A program made the translations under genes and the position numbers. From NCBI GenBank assembly GCA_963747195.1, contig CAVVDV010000005.1:193125-257124 (forward strand): a stretch of 64,000 nucleotides of DNA, written 5' to 3'. Source of the DNA: an uncultured Actinomycetes bacterium (GTDB lineage Bacteria; Actinomycetota; Acidimicrobiia; IMCC26256; JACDBD01). Of the stretch, positions 33,055 through 42,319 are shown in pieces; within the stretch, counting starts at the first letter, position 1; every line of letters starts with the position of its first letter. The notes beneath the pieces are model-generated. The model did no database searches. It was not told where the DNA came from and saw only the letters and a program-made list of their open reading frames with translations.

Positions 33055-34562
33055 GTGCTCGCCTCGGTTCGCAGCGCCACGCTCCTCGGCGTCGACGGTC
33101 ACGTCGTCACGGTCGAGGTCCACGTGTCGACCGGCCTGCCCGGCTACCACGTCGTCGGGCTGCCCGACGCCGCGGTCCGCGAGTCGCGCGAGCGCGTGCG
33201 CGCCGCGCTGCTGTCGTCCGAGCATCGAGTGCCCGCTCCAGCGGATCACGGTGAACCTCGCGCCCGGCGGCGTGCGCAAGACCGGCGCCGGATTCGAGCT
33301 CGCCGTCGCGCTCGGCCTCATCGCCGCCACGGGCCAGCTCCCCGACGGCGTGCCTCGACGGCGTCGGCGTGCTCGGCGAGCTCGGGCTCGACGGCTCGGT
33401 CCGCCCGGTGCCCGGCACGCTCGCGCTCGTCGACGCGCTCCGCGCCGCCGGGGTCGGCTCGGTGATCGTTCCCGCGACCGACGTCGCCGAGGCGGCGCTC
33501 GTGCACGGCGTCGACGTGCGCCGGCGCGCTCGCTCGCCGAGCTGCGCGCGTGCCTGAAGGGCGAGGCGGAGTGGCCGGACCCGCCGCCGCCGCCGCCGGC
33601 GAACCCGGGAGCGCCCGACCTCGACGACGAGCCCGTCGACCTCGCCGACGTGCGCGGGCTCCCGCGCGCGCGACGCGCGCTCGAGGTCGCCGCCGCCGGG
33701 CGGGCATCACCTCCTGCTCACCGGCCGCCCGGCACCGGGAAGACGATGCTCGCCCGCCGGCTGCCGACGATCCTGCCGCCCCTCGAGGCCGACGAGGCGC
33801 TCGAGGTCACGCGCATCCACTCCGCCGCCGGTCACGCGCCGTCGGCAGGGTCTGGCGCGCCGGCGCCCGTTCCGCGCGCCGCACCACACCGCGTCGACCG
33901 CCGCCCTCGTCGGCGGCGGCCGAGCCGGCTCCGCCCCGGCGAGGTGACGCTCGCGCATCGCGGCGTGTTGTTCCTCGACGAGCTGGGCGAGTTCCCACCG
34001 CACGCGCTCGACGCGCTGCGCCAGCCGCTCGAGGAGCACGTCGTGCGGATCTCACGTCAGGCGATGGCGGTCGTGTTCCCTGCCGACTTCCTCCTCGTCG
34101 CGTGCTCGAACCCGTGCCCGTGCGGGCGGGGCGGGCCGAGCTGCGAATGCACGGAGACGCAACGCGCCCGCTACCGCCGCCGCCTCTCGGCGCCGCTCCT
34201 CGACCGTTTCGACCTGCGCCTCGAGGTCCACCCACCCGAGCCGGGCGACGGGCCCGGTGAGCCGTCGTCCGCGGTGCGCGAGCGCGTGGCCGAGGCCGTC
34301 GCGCGTCAGCAGCGGCGGTATCGCGCGCCGGCAGTGGCGCCGGAACTCGCAGGTTCCCGCGGGGGCGCTGGCCCAGGTGATCCCGCTGTCCAAGGACGCC
34401 GACGACGCGTGGCGGTGGGCGATTGGCCACGACACGCTGACCGGCCGGGGCGCCGCCCGGGTGCGGCGCGTCGCCCGCACCCTCGCCGACCTCGAGGGAA
34501 GCGCCGAGGTGTGCGAGCGCCACGTCACGCTCGCAGCCGCGCTCCGTGAGGACGTGCCGTGA
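33055..34562 (+). CDS. comM: Mg-chelatase-like AAA+ protein YifB/ComM (frame-disrupted)
   Basis: GTG at 33055 is preceded by GGAGGT. Motifs VLASVRSATLLGVDGHVVTVEVHV, NLAPGGVRKTGAGFELAVALG, Walker A GPPGTGKTMLARRLP, HRGVLFLDELGEF, and the C-terminus in ORF 34257..34562. Confidence 0.88.
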
Positions 34563-35689
34563 ACGCGGCCCGACCGCAGTTGGCGGCCGAAGAGGTCGCG
34601 GCGGCCACACTCGTCTGTCTCCCCGACATGGGCCCGAGCCGGCTGCGCGCCGTGCTCGACCGGTGGCCCGACCCGGGCGCCGCGCTGGCCGCCGTCCGCG
34701 CCGGCAAGGCGGGCGACGCCCTCGCGCGCCACGCGCGGCTCGTTCGTACCCACGAGCGCGAGACTCTGGCGCGTAGTTGGGCGCGCGCTGCATGCGCTCT
34801 CGACCTCGCGCCGGAGCTGGCGCGCCGGGGCACCGCGGTCGTGCGCGACGGCCACGCCGGCTACCCCATCGGCGACGAGGTTCCGGACCGGCCGGCGGTG
34901 CTGCTCGTCGAGGGGGCGGCGCCGGACGTCCTCTGCCGGCCGCGCGTCGCAATCGTGGGGACCCGCTCCGCATCCGTGCACGGCCTCGCCGATGCACGCG
35001 AGCTCGGCGCGTTCCTGGCCCGGCGCGGAGTCACCGTCGTCAGCGGCCTCGCCATCGGCATCGACGGCGCCGCCCACCTCGGGGCGCTCGATGCCGGGGG
35101 CGGGGTCGTGGGCGTGGTCGCAACCGGCCTCGACGTCGTCTACCCGCGCCGGCACGTCGTGCTGTTCGAGCGCGTGCGGCAATCCGGGGTGCTCCTGAGC
35201 GAGGCCGGGTTCGGCGCGCAGGCCAACCGCTTCCGGTTCCCCGTTCGCAACCGCATCATCGCCGCGCTCGCCGACGTCGTCGTGGTCGTCGAGGCGACGC
35301 TGCGCGGCGGCGCGCGCATCACCGCCGACTACGGGCTCGAGTACGGGCGGCCCGTCCTCGTCGTGCCCGGCTCGCGGCGCAACCCGTCCGCCGAGGGCTG
35401 CAACGCGTTGCTGGCCGACGGCGCCCAGCCGCTCCTCGATCCCGACGACGTGCTCGTCGCCCTCGGGTTGACGCCCGGATCCCGCCGCGGCTGGGGAGCT
35501 CCACCTCCACGCGCCGCACCCGGGTCGGACGGCGCGCGCATCCTCGCGGCGTGCGCGGGCGAAGCGGCCACCGTCGACCAGCTCGTCAGCCGCACCGAGC
35601 TCGCGCCCGAGGCGGTCACGGTCGCATTGCGCGCGCTCGAACGGCAGGGGTGGGTCGAGCACCGGCGGGGCTGGTGGTGGCCCCGATGA
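34559..35689 (+). CDS. dprA: DNA processing protein DprA/Smf
   Basis: Intact 376-aa ORF. The GTG overlaps the comM TGA. Motifs IVGTRSAS, VSGLAIGIDGAAH and RFPVRNRIIAAL, with a C-terminal winged-helix-like tail. Confidence 0.9.
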   Translation: MNAARPQLAAEEVAAATLVCLPDMGPSRLRAVLDRWPDPGAALAAVRAGKAGDALARHARLVRTHERETLARSWARAACALDLAPELARRGTAVVRDGHAGYPIGDEVPDRPAVLLVEGAAPDVLCRPRVAIVGTRSASVHGLADARELGAFLARRGVTVVSGLAIGIDGAAHLGALDAGGGVVGVVATGLDVVYPRRHVVLFERVRQSGVLLSEAGFGAQANRFRFPVRNRIIAALADVVVVVEATLRGGARITADYGLEYGRPVLVVPGSRRNPSAEGCNALLADGAQPLLDPDDVLVALGLTPGSRRGWGAPPPRAAPGSDGARILAACAGEAATVDQLVSRTELAPEAVTVALRALERQGWVEHRRGWWWPR

Positions 35690-35697
35690 TCTGCGCG

Positions 35698-36492
35698 CTA
35701 TTCGCCGGTGAACTTCGGGTCGCGCTTCTGCAGGAACGCGACCATCGCCTCGGCCGTGTCCTTCGACGCGAAGTTCATCGCCTGCGCCGTGTCCTCGAAC
35801 TCGAGCGCGTCGGCCATCGACACCGAGAACGACTGGTTGAGGAGCCGCTTCGAGAGCGACAGCTGGATCGGTGGCAGGGCGGCAAGCCGCGCCGCCAGCT
35901 CCGTCGTGATCTTCGCGAGGTCGTCGGCGGGCACGACGCGGTTCACGATGCCGATGCGCTCGGCCTCGGCGGCGTCGATGATGTCGGCGAAGAACACGAG
36001 CTCCTTCGCCTTGTGGAGACCGACGAGGCGGGGCAGCAGCCACGAGCCGCCGAAGTCGACGTTGAGGCCCCGCTTCGAGAAGATCTCGGTGAACCGGGCG
36101 CGCTCCGAGGCGACGATGAGGTCGCAGCCCAGCGCCATGTTCAGCCCCGCGCCGGCCGCGACGCCGTTGACGGCGGCGATCGTTGGCTGCGGCAGATGGT
36201 GGAGCCGCAACGCGGCCCGGCCGACCACGCGCATCTGCCGGAAGGTGGAGCCGATCCCGCCGGCGTCGACCTCGAGGTCCGGGTTGTCGCCCGGGCTGAG
36301 ATCGGCGCCCGAGCAGAACCCGTCGCCGGCGCCGGTGATCACCAGGACACGGTCGCTCGGCGTGTCGGCCACTTCGTCGAACACCTCGATCAGCTCGCGC
36401 CACATCGGGCCGTTGATCGCGTTCTTCTTCTCCGGGCGGTTCAGCGTGACCGTGACGACGCCGTCCGCTCGATCGACGATGAGCGTCTCCAT
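35698..36492 (-). CDS. Enoyl-CoA hydratase/isomerase (crotonase) family protein
   Basis: Intact 264-aa ORF with ITGAGDGFCSGADL and AAVNGVAAGAGLNMAL. It is convergent with dprA, with only 8 nt between the stops. Confidence 0.85.
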   Translation of the reverse strand: METLIVDRADGVVTVTLNRPEKKNAINGPMWRELIEVFDEVADTPSDRVLVITGAGDGFCSGADLSPGDNPDLEVDAGGIGSTFRQMRVVGRAALRLHHLPQPTIAAVNGVAAGAGLNMALGCDLIVASERARFTEIFSKRGLNVDFGGSWLLPRLVGLHKAKELVFFADIIDAAEAERIGIVNRVVPADDLAKITTELAARLAALPPIQLSLSKRLLNQSFSVSMADALEFEDTAQAMNFASKDTAEAMVAFLQKRDPKFTGE

Positions 36493-36512
36493 GCGGCCGC
36501 TACCGTAGCGCC

Positions 36513-36626
36513 GTGGGCTTCAACCCGTTCCGCAAGCAGGTGCGTCGATCCTCCGACGTCGTCATCGTCGTCGCCGCGCTCGTCGTCGTCGCCGCGCTGC
36601 TCGTGTGGGCGGTGCTGCCGCGCTGA
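36513..36626 (+). CDS. Possible 37-aa single-pass membrane peptide
   Basis: Hand translation from GTG 36513 gives VGFNPFRKQVRRSSDVVIVVAALVVVAALLVWAVLPR-TGA. It fills most of the 150-nt gap between the crotonase and the WYL regulator, and is too short for the ORF track. There is no homology evidence. Confidence 0.3.
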   Translation: MGFNPFRKQVRRSSDVVIVVAALVVVAALLVWAVLPR

Positions 36627-36642
36627 GCGGCGCCCCCGCAGC

Positions 36643-37386
36643 TCACCCCTCGAGGCGCGTCTCACGCGCGAACGAGATGATCTCGCCCGCGACCTCGTGC
36701 AGCTCGCGTTCCGGAGCCCGCTCGTCGGTGACCCGCGCGCCCTGCATGCGGTCGAGACGGAACGAGCGGCCGCCGCCGCGCAGCCTGCACCACGCCATGA
36801 GGTACCAGTGATCCTGCGATCCCGCGAGCCCGTACGGCTCCACCCGGCGGCGCTCGGTGCGCTGGCCGGACCGGTCGACGTAGTCGAGCTCGAGCACCTT
36901 GCGATCGGCCACCGCGGTCTCGACCGCACGCATCACGGGCGTGACGTCGAGGTGGCCGCGCTGTTGCAGCAGGTGGATGCGCGCCACGAGCTCGCGCGCG
37001 CCCTCCCGGTTCGCAGCCGACATCGCGGCGACGAGCTTGCGCAGCGCGGAGCGGGCGGCGTCGCCGAACGGGATGGGGCCGCTCGCGGCGAGCGCCACTG
37101 CGATCGCGGTGGCCTCGTCGGCGCTGAAGTTCAGCGGCGGCAGGCTCATCGACGGATCGACGGAGTAGCCACCGCCCGGACCGGGCGTCGCCCAGATCGG
37201 GACGCCCGACTGCTGGAGCGACGAGACGTCCCGCTCGATCGTGCGCACGCTGACCTCGAAGCGATCGGCGAGGTCTCGCGCCGCCCGAGCCCGGGGCGCG
37301 GTGGCCCGCAGCAACTCGACGATCGCGTAGAGCCGGTCGGTGCGGTTCACGCCGACAACCTGCCAGGATGGAATGTCGTACGCCAT
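36643..37386 (-). CDS. HTH + WYL domain transcriptional regulator (YafY/PafBC-like)
   Basis: Intact ORF. The HTH part is RLYAIVELL...VSVRTIERDVSSLQQSGVPI and the WYL region is HWYLMAWCRLRGGGRSFRLDRM. The real start is probably the GTG at 37350 (VNRTDRLYAIV). Confidence 0.8.
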   Translation of the reverse strand: MAYDIPSWQVVGVNRTDRLYAIVELLRATAPRARAARDLADRFEVSVRTIERDVSSLQQSGVPIWATPGPGGGYSVDPSMSLPPLNFSADEATAIAVALAASGPIPFGDAARSALRKLVAAMSAANREGARELVARIHLLQQRGHLDVTPVMRAVETAVADRKVLELDYVDRSGQRTERRRVEPYGLAGSQDHWYLMAWCRLRGGGRSFRLDRMQGARVTDERAPERELHEVAGEIISFARETRLEG

Positions 37387-37403
37387 CCGGAGTTGAATCA
37401 GAC

Positions 37404-37790
37404 ATGACCCAAGGCCACAGCATCACCGTCACGCCCGCCGATCTCCATGTCGAGGTCTCCGTCGACGGCGTCAAGGTCGCCGAATCGGACCGGCCCGTGC
37501 TGCTGGAGGAGACGGGCCTCCCGACCCGCTACTACCTCCCCCGCGAGCACGTCCGCGCCGACGTCCTCAGCCCCACGAGCACCGAGACCGTCTGCCCGTT
37601 CAAGGGCCAGGCGTCGTACTGGAACGTCGAGGTCGACGGCGAGGTCCACGACGACCTCGTGTGGAGCTACGAGACGCCGATCCCGCAAGCCGAGGGCGTG
37701 GCGGGACTGTTCTGCTTCTACAACGAGCGGGTCGACCTCGTCGTCGACGGCGTCGCGCTCGCCCGCCCGGAGACGCCGTACTCGCGGTAA
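37404..37790 (+). CDS. DUF427 domain protein
   Basis: MTQGHSITVTPADLHVEVSVDGVKVAESDRPVLLEETGLPTRYYLPREHV...CPFKGQASYWNV...FYNERVD, the typical DUF427 pattern. It is divergent from the WYL regulator. Confidence 0.75.
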   Translation: MTQGHSITVTPADLHVEVSVDGVKVAESDRPVLLEETGLPTRYYLPREHVRADVLSPTSTETVCPFKGQASYWNVEVDGEVHDDLVWSYETPIPQAEGVAGLFCFYNERVDLVVDGVALARPETPYSR

Positions 37791-37796
37791 CCGACG

Positions 37797-38181
37797 CTAG
37801 AACGCGCCTTCCAACACCTCGACGACGAGCTCGCCGTCGGGAGCGCGCGTCACCGACGCCACGTCGAAGCGCAAGGTGCGACGGCGCGGCGTCGTGCTCG
37901 GCGAGCCAACGGGCCGCGAGCGTGCGCAGGCGTCGCTGCTTGGTCGCCGTGACGGCCTCGACCGGCGCACCGAACCTGGTGCTGGCGCGCGTCTTCACCT
38001 CGCAGAAGACGAGCGTGGAATCGCGGCGGACGACCAGGTCGAGCTCGCCGTCACGGCAGCGCCAATTGCGGTCGAGCACCTCGTACGCGGCGGCTTCGTA
38101 CCACCGCGCGACGGCGTCCTCGCCGGCGATTCCGAGTCGACGCCGGGGGTCGACCCGGCGGCGCGGGCCCGGGCCGGGCAC
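37797..38181 (-). CDS. yraN: YraN family (UPF0102) endonuclease-like protein (one frame change near 37875)
   Basis: GEDAVARWYEAAAYEVLDRNWRCRDGELDLVVRRDSTLVFCEVKTR in ORF 37600..38286. The hand-read tail is LRFDVASVTRAPDGELVVEVLEGAF-TAG. Confidence 0.8.
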
Positions 38182-38183
38182 CG

Positions 38184-38477
38184 CTACAGGTCCTTGCCCG
38201 CCAGTTCCTCGACGTTGACGTCCTTGAACGTCACGACCCGCACGTTGGCGACGAACCGGGCGGGTCGGTACATGTCCCACACCCACGCGTCCTGGAGGTT
38301 GAGCTCGAAGTAGACGCGTCCCTGCTCGTTCTTCACGTCCATCTCGACGGCGTTCGTGAGATAGAAGCGTCGTTCGGTCTCGACGACGTACGCGAACATC
38401 GGGAGGACGTCGCGATACTCCTTGTAGAGCTGGAGCTCGATCTCAGTCTCGTACCGCTCGAGGTCCTCGGAACTCAC
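38184..38477 (-). CDS. DUF2469 family protein (conserved actinobacterial)
   Basis: Intact 97-aa ORF MSSEDLERYETEIELQLYKEYRDVLPMFAYVVETERRFYLTN... The position near rplS matches the Rv2901c-type gene. Confidence 0.8.
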   Translation of the reverse strand: MSSEDLERYETEIELQLYKEYRDVLPMFAYVVETERRFYLTNAVEMDVKNEQGRVYFELNLQDAWVWDMYRPARFVANVRVVTFKDVNVEELAGKDL

Positions 38478-38509
38478 GGACTCTCCCGATCGCCGTCAGG
38501 GTCGCGGGC

Positions 38510-38854
38510 TCAGGCCCGCCGCTCCCTGACCTTGGCTGCCTTCCCGATCCGGTCGCGCAAGTAGTAGAGCTTCGCCCGGCGAACGTCGCCGCGGCTCATG
38601 ACCTCGATCCTGGCGATGATCGGTGAGTGGACGGGGAAAGTGCGCTCGACGCCGACGCCGAAGCTCACCTTGCGGACGGTGAACGTCTCGCGCGCGCCGC
38701 TGCCCTTGCGGCGGATCACGACCCCCTGGAAGACCTGCACGCGCTCGCGGTTCCCCTCCACCACCCGGACGTGCACCTTCAGCGTGTCGCCGGGCGCGAA
38801 GTCCGGAATGTCGTCCCGAAGGTTGGCGCGATCGACAAGATCGGTTGCGTTCAT
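38510..38854 (-). CDS. rplS: 50S ribosomal protein L19
   Basis: Intact 114-aa ORF with [29 protein letters not shown] and [10 protein letters not shown]. Confidence 0.95.
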   Translation of the reverse strand: MNATDLVDRANLRDDIPDFAPGDTLKVHVRVVEGNRERVQVFQGVVIRRKGSGARETFTVRKVSFGVGVERTFPVHSPIIARIEVMSRGDVRRAKLYYLRDRIGKAAKVRERRA

Positions 38855-38901
38855 CGTTCGCCTTCTCGAGGGGGTCGGCTCGGAGGGGAGGAGCCCCGAT
38901 G

Positions 38902-39633
38902 CTACCGGTCGGCCGGTCCCTCCGGGAACTCGTCGAGCAGCCGCCGCTCGTCGGCCGTCAGCGGCCGGGGCCCGAGGAGGTCGGGGCGGCGATCGAGGGT
39001 CCGCCGCAGCGCCTGCGCCCTCCGCCAGCGGGCGATCAGGGCGTGGTCGCCCGACCGCAACGCTTCGGGCACCGGCCAGCCGCGAAAGTCGGCGGGGCGC
39101 GTGTACTGCGGGTACTCGAGCAGCCCGGCGCCGAACGACTCGTCGTCACCCGACTCCGTGTTGCCCATCACGCCCGGGACGAGGCGGGCGACGGCCTCGA
39201 TCACGACGAGCGCGGCGGCCTCTCCGCCCGCGAGCACGTAGTCACCCACCGAGATCTCGTCGTCGCAGAGGTGGTCGGCGACGCGCTGGTCGACGCCTTC
39301 GTACCGGCCGCACACGAGCGAGAAGCCGTCCCGCTGCGCGAGCCGCTCCGCCATCCGCTGGTCGAAGCGCGTCCCGGCGGCCGACAGAAGGAGCAGCGGA
39401 CGCGGAGGCTCGACGGCCTCGACCGCCTCGAACAGCGGCTCGGGCGTCATCACCATGCCCGCCCCGCCGCCGAACGGCGTGTCGTCGACGCTGCGATGTT
39501 GATCGGTGGTGTGCTCACGCGGATCGTGGACACGCACGTCGACCAGGCCGCGCTCGTGGGCGCGGCCGAGCAGCGACGAGTGCAGCGGGCCCTCGAGGTA
39601 CGCCGGGAAGATCGTGAACACGTCGACGCGCAT
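38902..39633 (-). CDS. trmD: tRNA (guanine37-N1)-methyltransferase
   Basis: [41 protein letters not shown] and [14 protein letters not shown]. It is intact inside ORF 38902..40128. Confidence 0.92.
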   Translation of the reverse strand: MRVDVFTIFPAYLEGPLHSSLLGRAHERGLVDVRVHDPREHTTDQHRSVDDTPFGGGAGMVMTPEPLFEAVEAVEPPRPLLLLSAAGTRFDQRMAERLAQRDGFSLVCGRYEGVDQRVADHLCDDEISVGDYVLAGGEAAALVVIEAVARLVPGVMGNTESGDDESFGAGLLEYPQYTRPADFRGWPVPEALRSGDHALIARWRRAQALRRTLDRRPDLLGPRPLTADERRLLDEFPEGPADR

Positions 39634-39641
39634 CGCGGCTC

Positions 39642-40128
39642 TTACGACGAGCGGTTGACGTCGAGGAGCCCGTCGGGCAGGTCGACGACCAGGACACCCG
39701 CTTCCTGCTCGACGACGAACACGAACGGCACGAGCGCACCGTCGTCGAGGACGAGGATGTCGTGCGCCGGGTTCGCCTCGACCGCGGCGACGCGACCGAG
39801 CGAGTTCCCGTTCACGTCGCGCACTTCGTCGCCGACGAGCTCGTGCACCCAGATCCGTCCTTCGCCCGGGTCGTCGAGCGGCTTCGCCCACGAGCGTCGC
39901 GCCGCGCAGCTCCTCGGCGCCGTTCCGATCGGTGATGCCCTCGAAGCGGACGAGCCACCGGCCCTGGTGCGGACGGGCGCTCGCCACGACCAGCGTGCGG
40001 TCGCCGGCGTGGAGGACGGCGCCGGGCGTGGTGCGCTCGGGGCGGTCGGTGTGCAGCATCACCACGACCTCGCCCTTGAGGCCGTGCGGACGACCGACCC
40101 GGCCCAGCTCGAGGTCAGCCGCAGCCAA
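39642..40128 (-). CDS. rimM: 16S rRNA processing protein RimM (one frame change near 39860)
   Basis: [18 protein letters not shown] (N-terminus, same frame as trmD) and the PRC-barrel C-terminus in ORF 39642..39848 ([19 protein letters not shown]). Confidence 0.85.
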
Positions 40129-40135
40129 CAGCCGG

Positions 40136-40480
40136 TTACTCCACGACGTCGACGTTGGCCTTGATGCCCTCGGCGGCGCCGGCGGCGCGGACGACCTGCC
40201 GGAGCGCCTGGATGACCCGGCCGCGCTTGCCGATGAGACGCCCCATGTCGCTCGGGCTCGCGTGCACGAGGAGCTGCACGTCGTCGCGCCGCTCCTCGAC
40301 GTCGATCTCGACCGCCTCGGGCTCCTCGGCGACGTTGCGGGTCACGTGCTCGACGACCGCGCGAGCGCGTGCGCCGAGGATCCGGTTGCCTTCGGGCGCG
40401 ATCTCGTCGTCGTACTCGTCCTCGTCGTCGAGCTCGTCGTCCAGTACTTCGTCCCGCTCGTTGATCGCGTCGTCACTCAT
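40136..40480 (-). CDS. KH-domain RNA-binding protein (YlqC-like) with acidic N-terminal tail
   Basis: [26 protein letters not shown]...[21 protein letters not shown]. It lies between rpsP and rimM, the usual position. Confidence 0.8.
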   Translation of the reverse strand: MSDDAINERDEVLDDELDDEDEYDDEIAPEGNRILGARARAVVEHVTRNVAEEPEAVEIDVEERRDDVQLLVHASPSDMGRLIGKRGRVIQALRQVVRAAGAAEGIKANVDVVE

Positions 40481-40924
40481 CGCCCGACTCCTCGGTGGCG
40501 TCGCCCGCGCCCTCGTCCGCGGCGGGCTCGTCGGACGCGGCGGGCGTCTCCGGCTGGGGCTCCGGGGTAGCGGCCTCCACGCCTCGGCCTTCGTCGCCTT
40601 CTTCGCCGCTGCCTTCGGGTCGTCGAGACGGCGGCGGGCGAGCTTCGTGTCGACGCGGCCACCCTTCTCCGACTCGAACTGCGCCCAGACGCCCGAGACC
40701 GTCAGCAGCTTCTGCACCTGCTCGGTCGGCTGCGCGCCTTTCCGCAGCCACGCCAGGGCCTTCTCGCCGTCGATGTCGGAGACCGACGGGTCCTGGCGGG
40801 GGCGGTAGTGGCCGATGGTCTCGATGTTGCGGCCGTCGCGGGGCGAGCGCGAATCGGCGACGACCACCCGGTACGTCGGATGCTTCTTCTTGCCCATCCG
40901 CATGAGGCGGATCTTCACGGACAC
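40473..40924 (-). CDS. rpsP: 30S ribosomal protein S16 with low-complexity C-terminal extension (frame change in the tail)
   Basis: [42 protein letters not shown]. The tail most plausibly ends ...[15 protein letters not shown] at 40473 (frame of ORF 40473..40970). The listed ORF 40136..40924 reads through into the KH gene, which I treat as an artefact. Confidence 0.88.
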
Positions 40925-40995
40925 TGCGAGGAGTTCCTCTCGAGCTCGGTTTCGGGCGTCGGAAGAACACCCGTAGGACGCACCAGGGTAGCGAG

Positions 40996-42310
40996 TCAGC
41001 GGCCGGGCACCGGGAGCCGCGGCATCTTGCCCTTCGCTACCGACCGCATCATCTGCTGGACCATCTTGAACTGCTTGAGCATCCCGTTCACGTCCTGGGT
41101 GCTCGTGCCGCTGCCGCGGGCGATCCGGAGGCGGCGCGAGCCGTTGATGACGGTCGGGTTGCGCCGCTCCTCGGGCGTCATCGAGCGGATGATCGCCTCG
41201 ATCCGACCGAGCTGCGACTCGTCGAGCTCGGCGTCACGGGCCTCCTTCGGCAGCCCGGGCATCATGCCGACGAGGTTCTGGAGCGGCCCCATCTTGCGCA
41301 CCTGCTGCATCTGGTCGAGGAAGTCCTCGAGGGTGAACTGGCCCTTGCGGAGCTTCTTCTCCGCCTTCGCCGCCTCCTCCTCGTCGAAGGCGGCCTCGGC
41401 CTTCTCGATGAGCGTGAGCATGTCGCCCATGCCGAGGATGCGGCTCGCCATGCGGTCGGGGTGGAACGGCTCGAAGTCGTCGAGCTTCTCGCCCGTGCCG
41501 GCGAAGAGAATCGGCTTGCCGACGACCTCCTTCACCGAGAGCGCGGCGCCGCCGCGCGCGTCCCCGTCGATCTTCGTGAGGATCACGCCGTCGAGCCCGA
41601 CCGCCTCGTCGAACGCCTCGGCGACGTTGACGGCCTCCTGGCCGGTCATGGCGTCGACGACGAGCAGCGTGTCGTGCGGCTCGACCTTGGCGCGGATGCG
41701 GCGCAGCTCGCCCATGAGGTCGTCGTCGATCTGGAGCCGGCCCGCGGTGTCGAGGATCACGACGTTGCGGCCGGTGCGGTCGGCTTCCTTCAGCGCGGCC
41801 CGCGCCACTCTTGACCGGATCGGTCGGCTCGGAGAACACCGGCACGTCGATGCGTTGCCCGAGCACGCGCAGCTGCTCGACCGCCGCCGGCCGTTGGAGG
41901 TCGGCTGCGACCAGCAGCGGCTTGCGTCCTTCGGCGACGAGGTGACGTGCGAGCTTGCCGGCGGCGGTGGTCTTCCCGGAGCCCTGCAAGCCGGCGAGCA
42001 TCACGACCGTCGGCGGCTTCGAGCTCATGGCGAGCTTGCCCGTCTCACCGCCGAGCGTCGTGACGAGCTCCTCGTGGACGATCTTGATGACCTGCTGGGC
42101 GGGGCTCAGGCTCTTCGCGACCTCGGCGCCGCGGGCGCGTTCCTTGACCCGGTTGATGAACGACTTGACGACCGCGACGTTGACGTCGGCTTCGAGCAGC
42201 GCGACGCGGATCTCGCGCGCGACCTCGTCGACGTCCTTGTCGCTCAGGCGGCCGCGGCCGCGCAGCCGCTTGAAGATGCCGTCGAAGCGGTCGGAGAGAG
42301 CGTCGAACAC
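40996..42310 (-). CDS. ffh: Signal recognition particle protein Ffh (one frame change near 41810)
   Basis: [51 protein letters not shown] and the M-domain [13 protein letters not shown]. Pieces 41234..42310 and 40996..41808. Confidence 0.93.
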
Positions 42311-42319
42311 GCTCTAAAG

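Noticed and set aside
33055-35689. comM-dprA as evidence of a natural-competence system.
   Set aside because: Both genes are widespread in actinobacteria not known to be transformable, and no pilus or ComEA/ComEC genes are present in the window.
36643-37386. The WYL regulator as a flag for an adjacent anti-phage defence system.
   Set aside because: The neighbours are a crotonase, DUF427 and housekeeping DNA-transaction genes. There is no nuclease, helicase, methylase or cyclase module that would constitute a defence operon.
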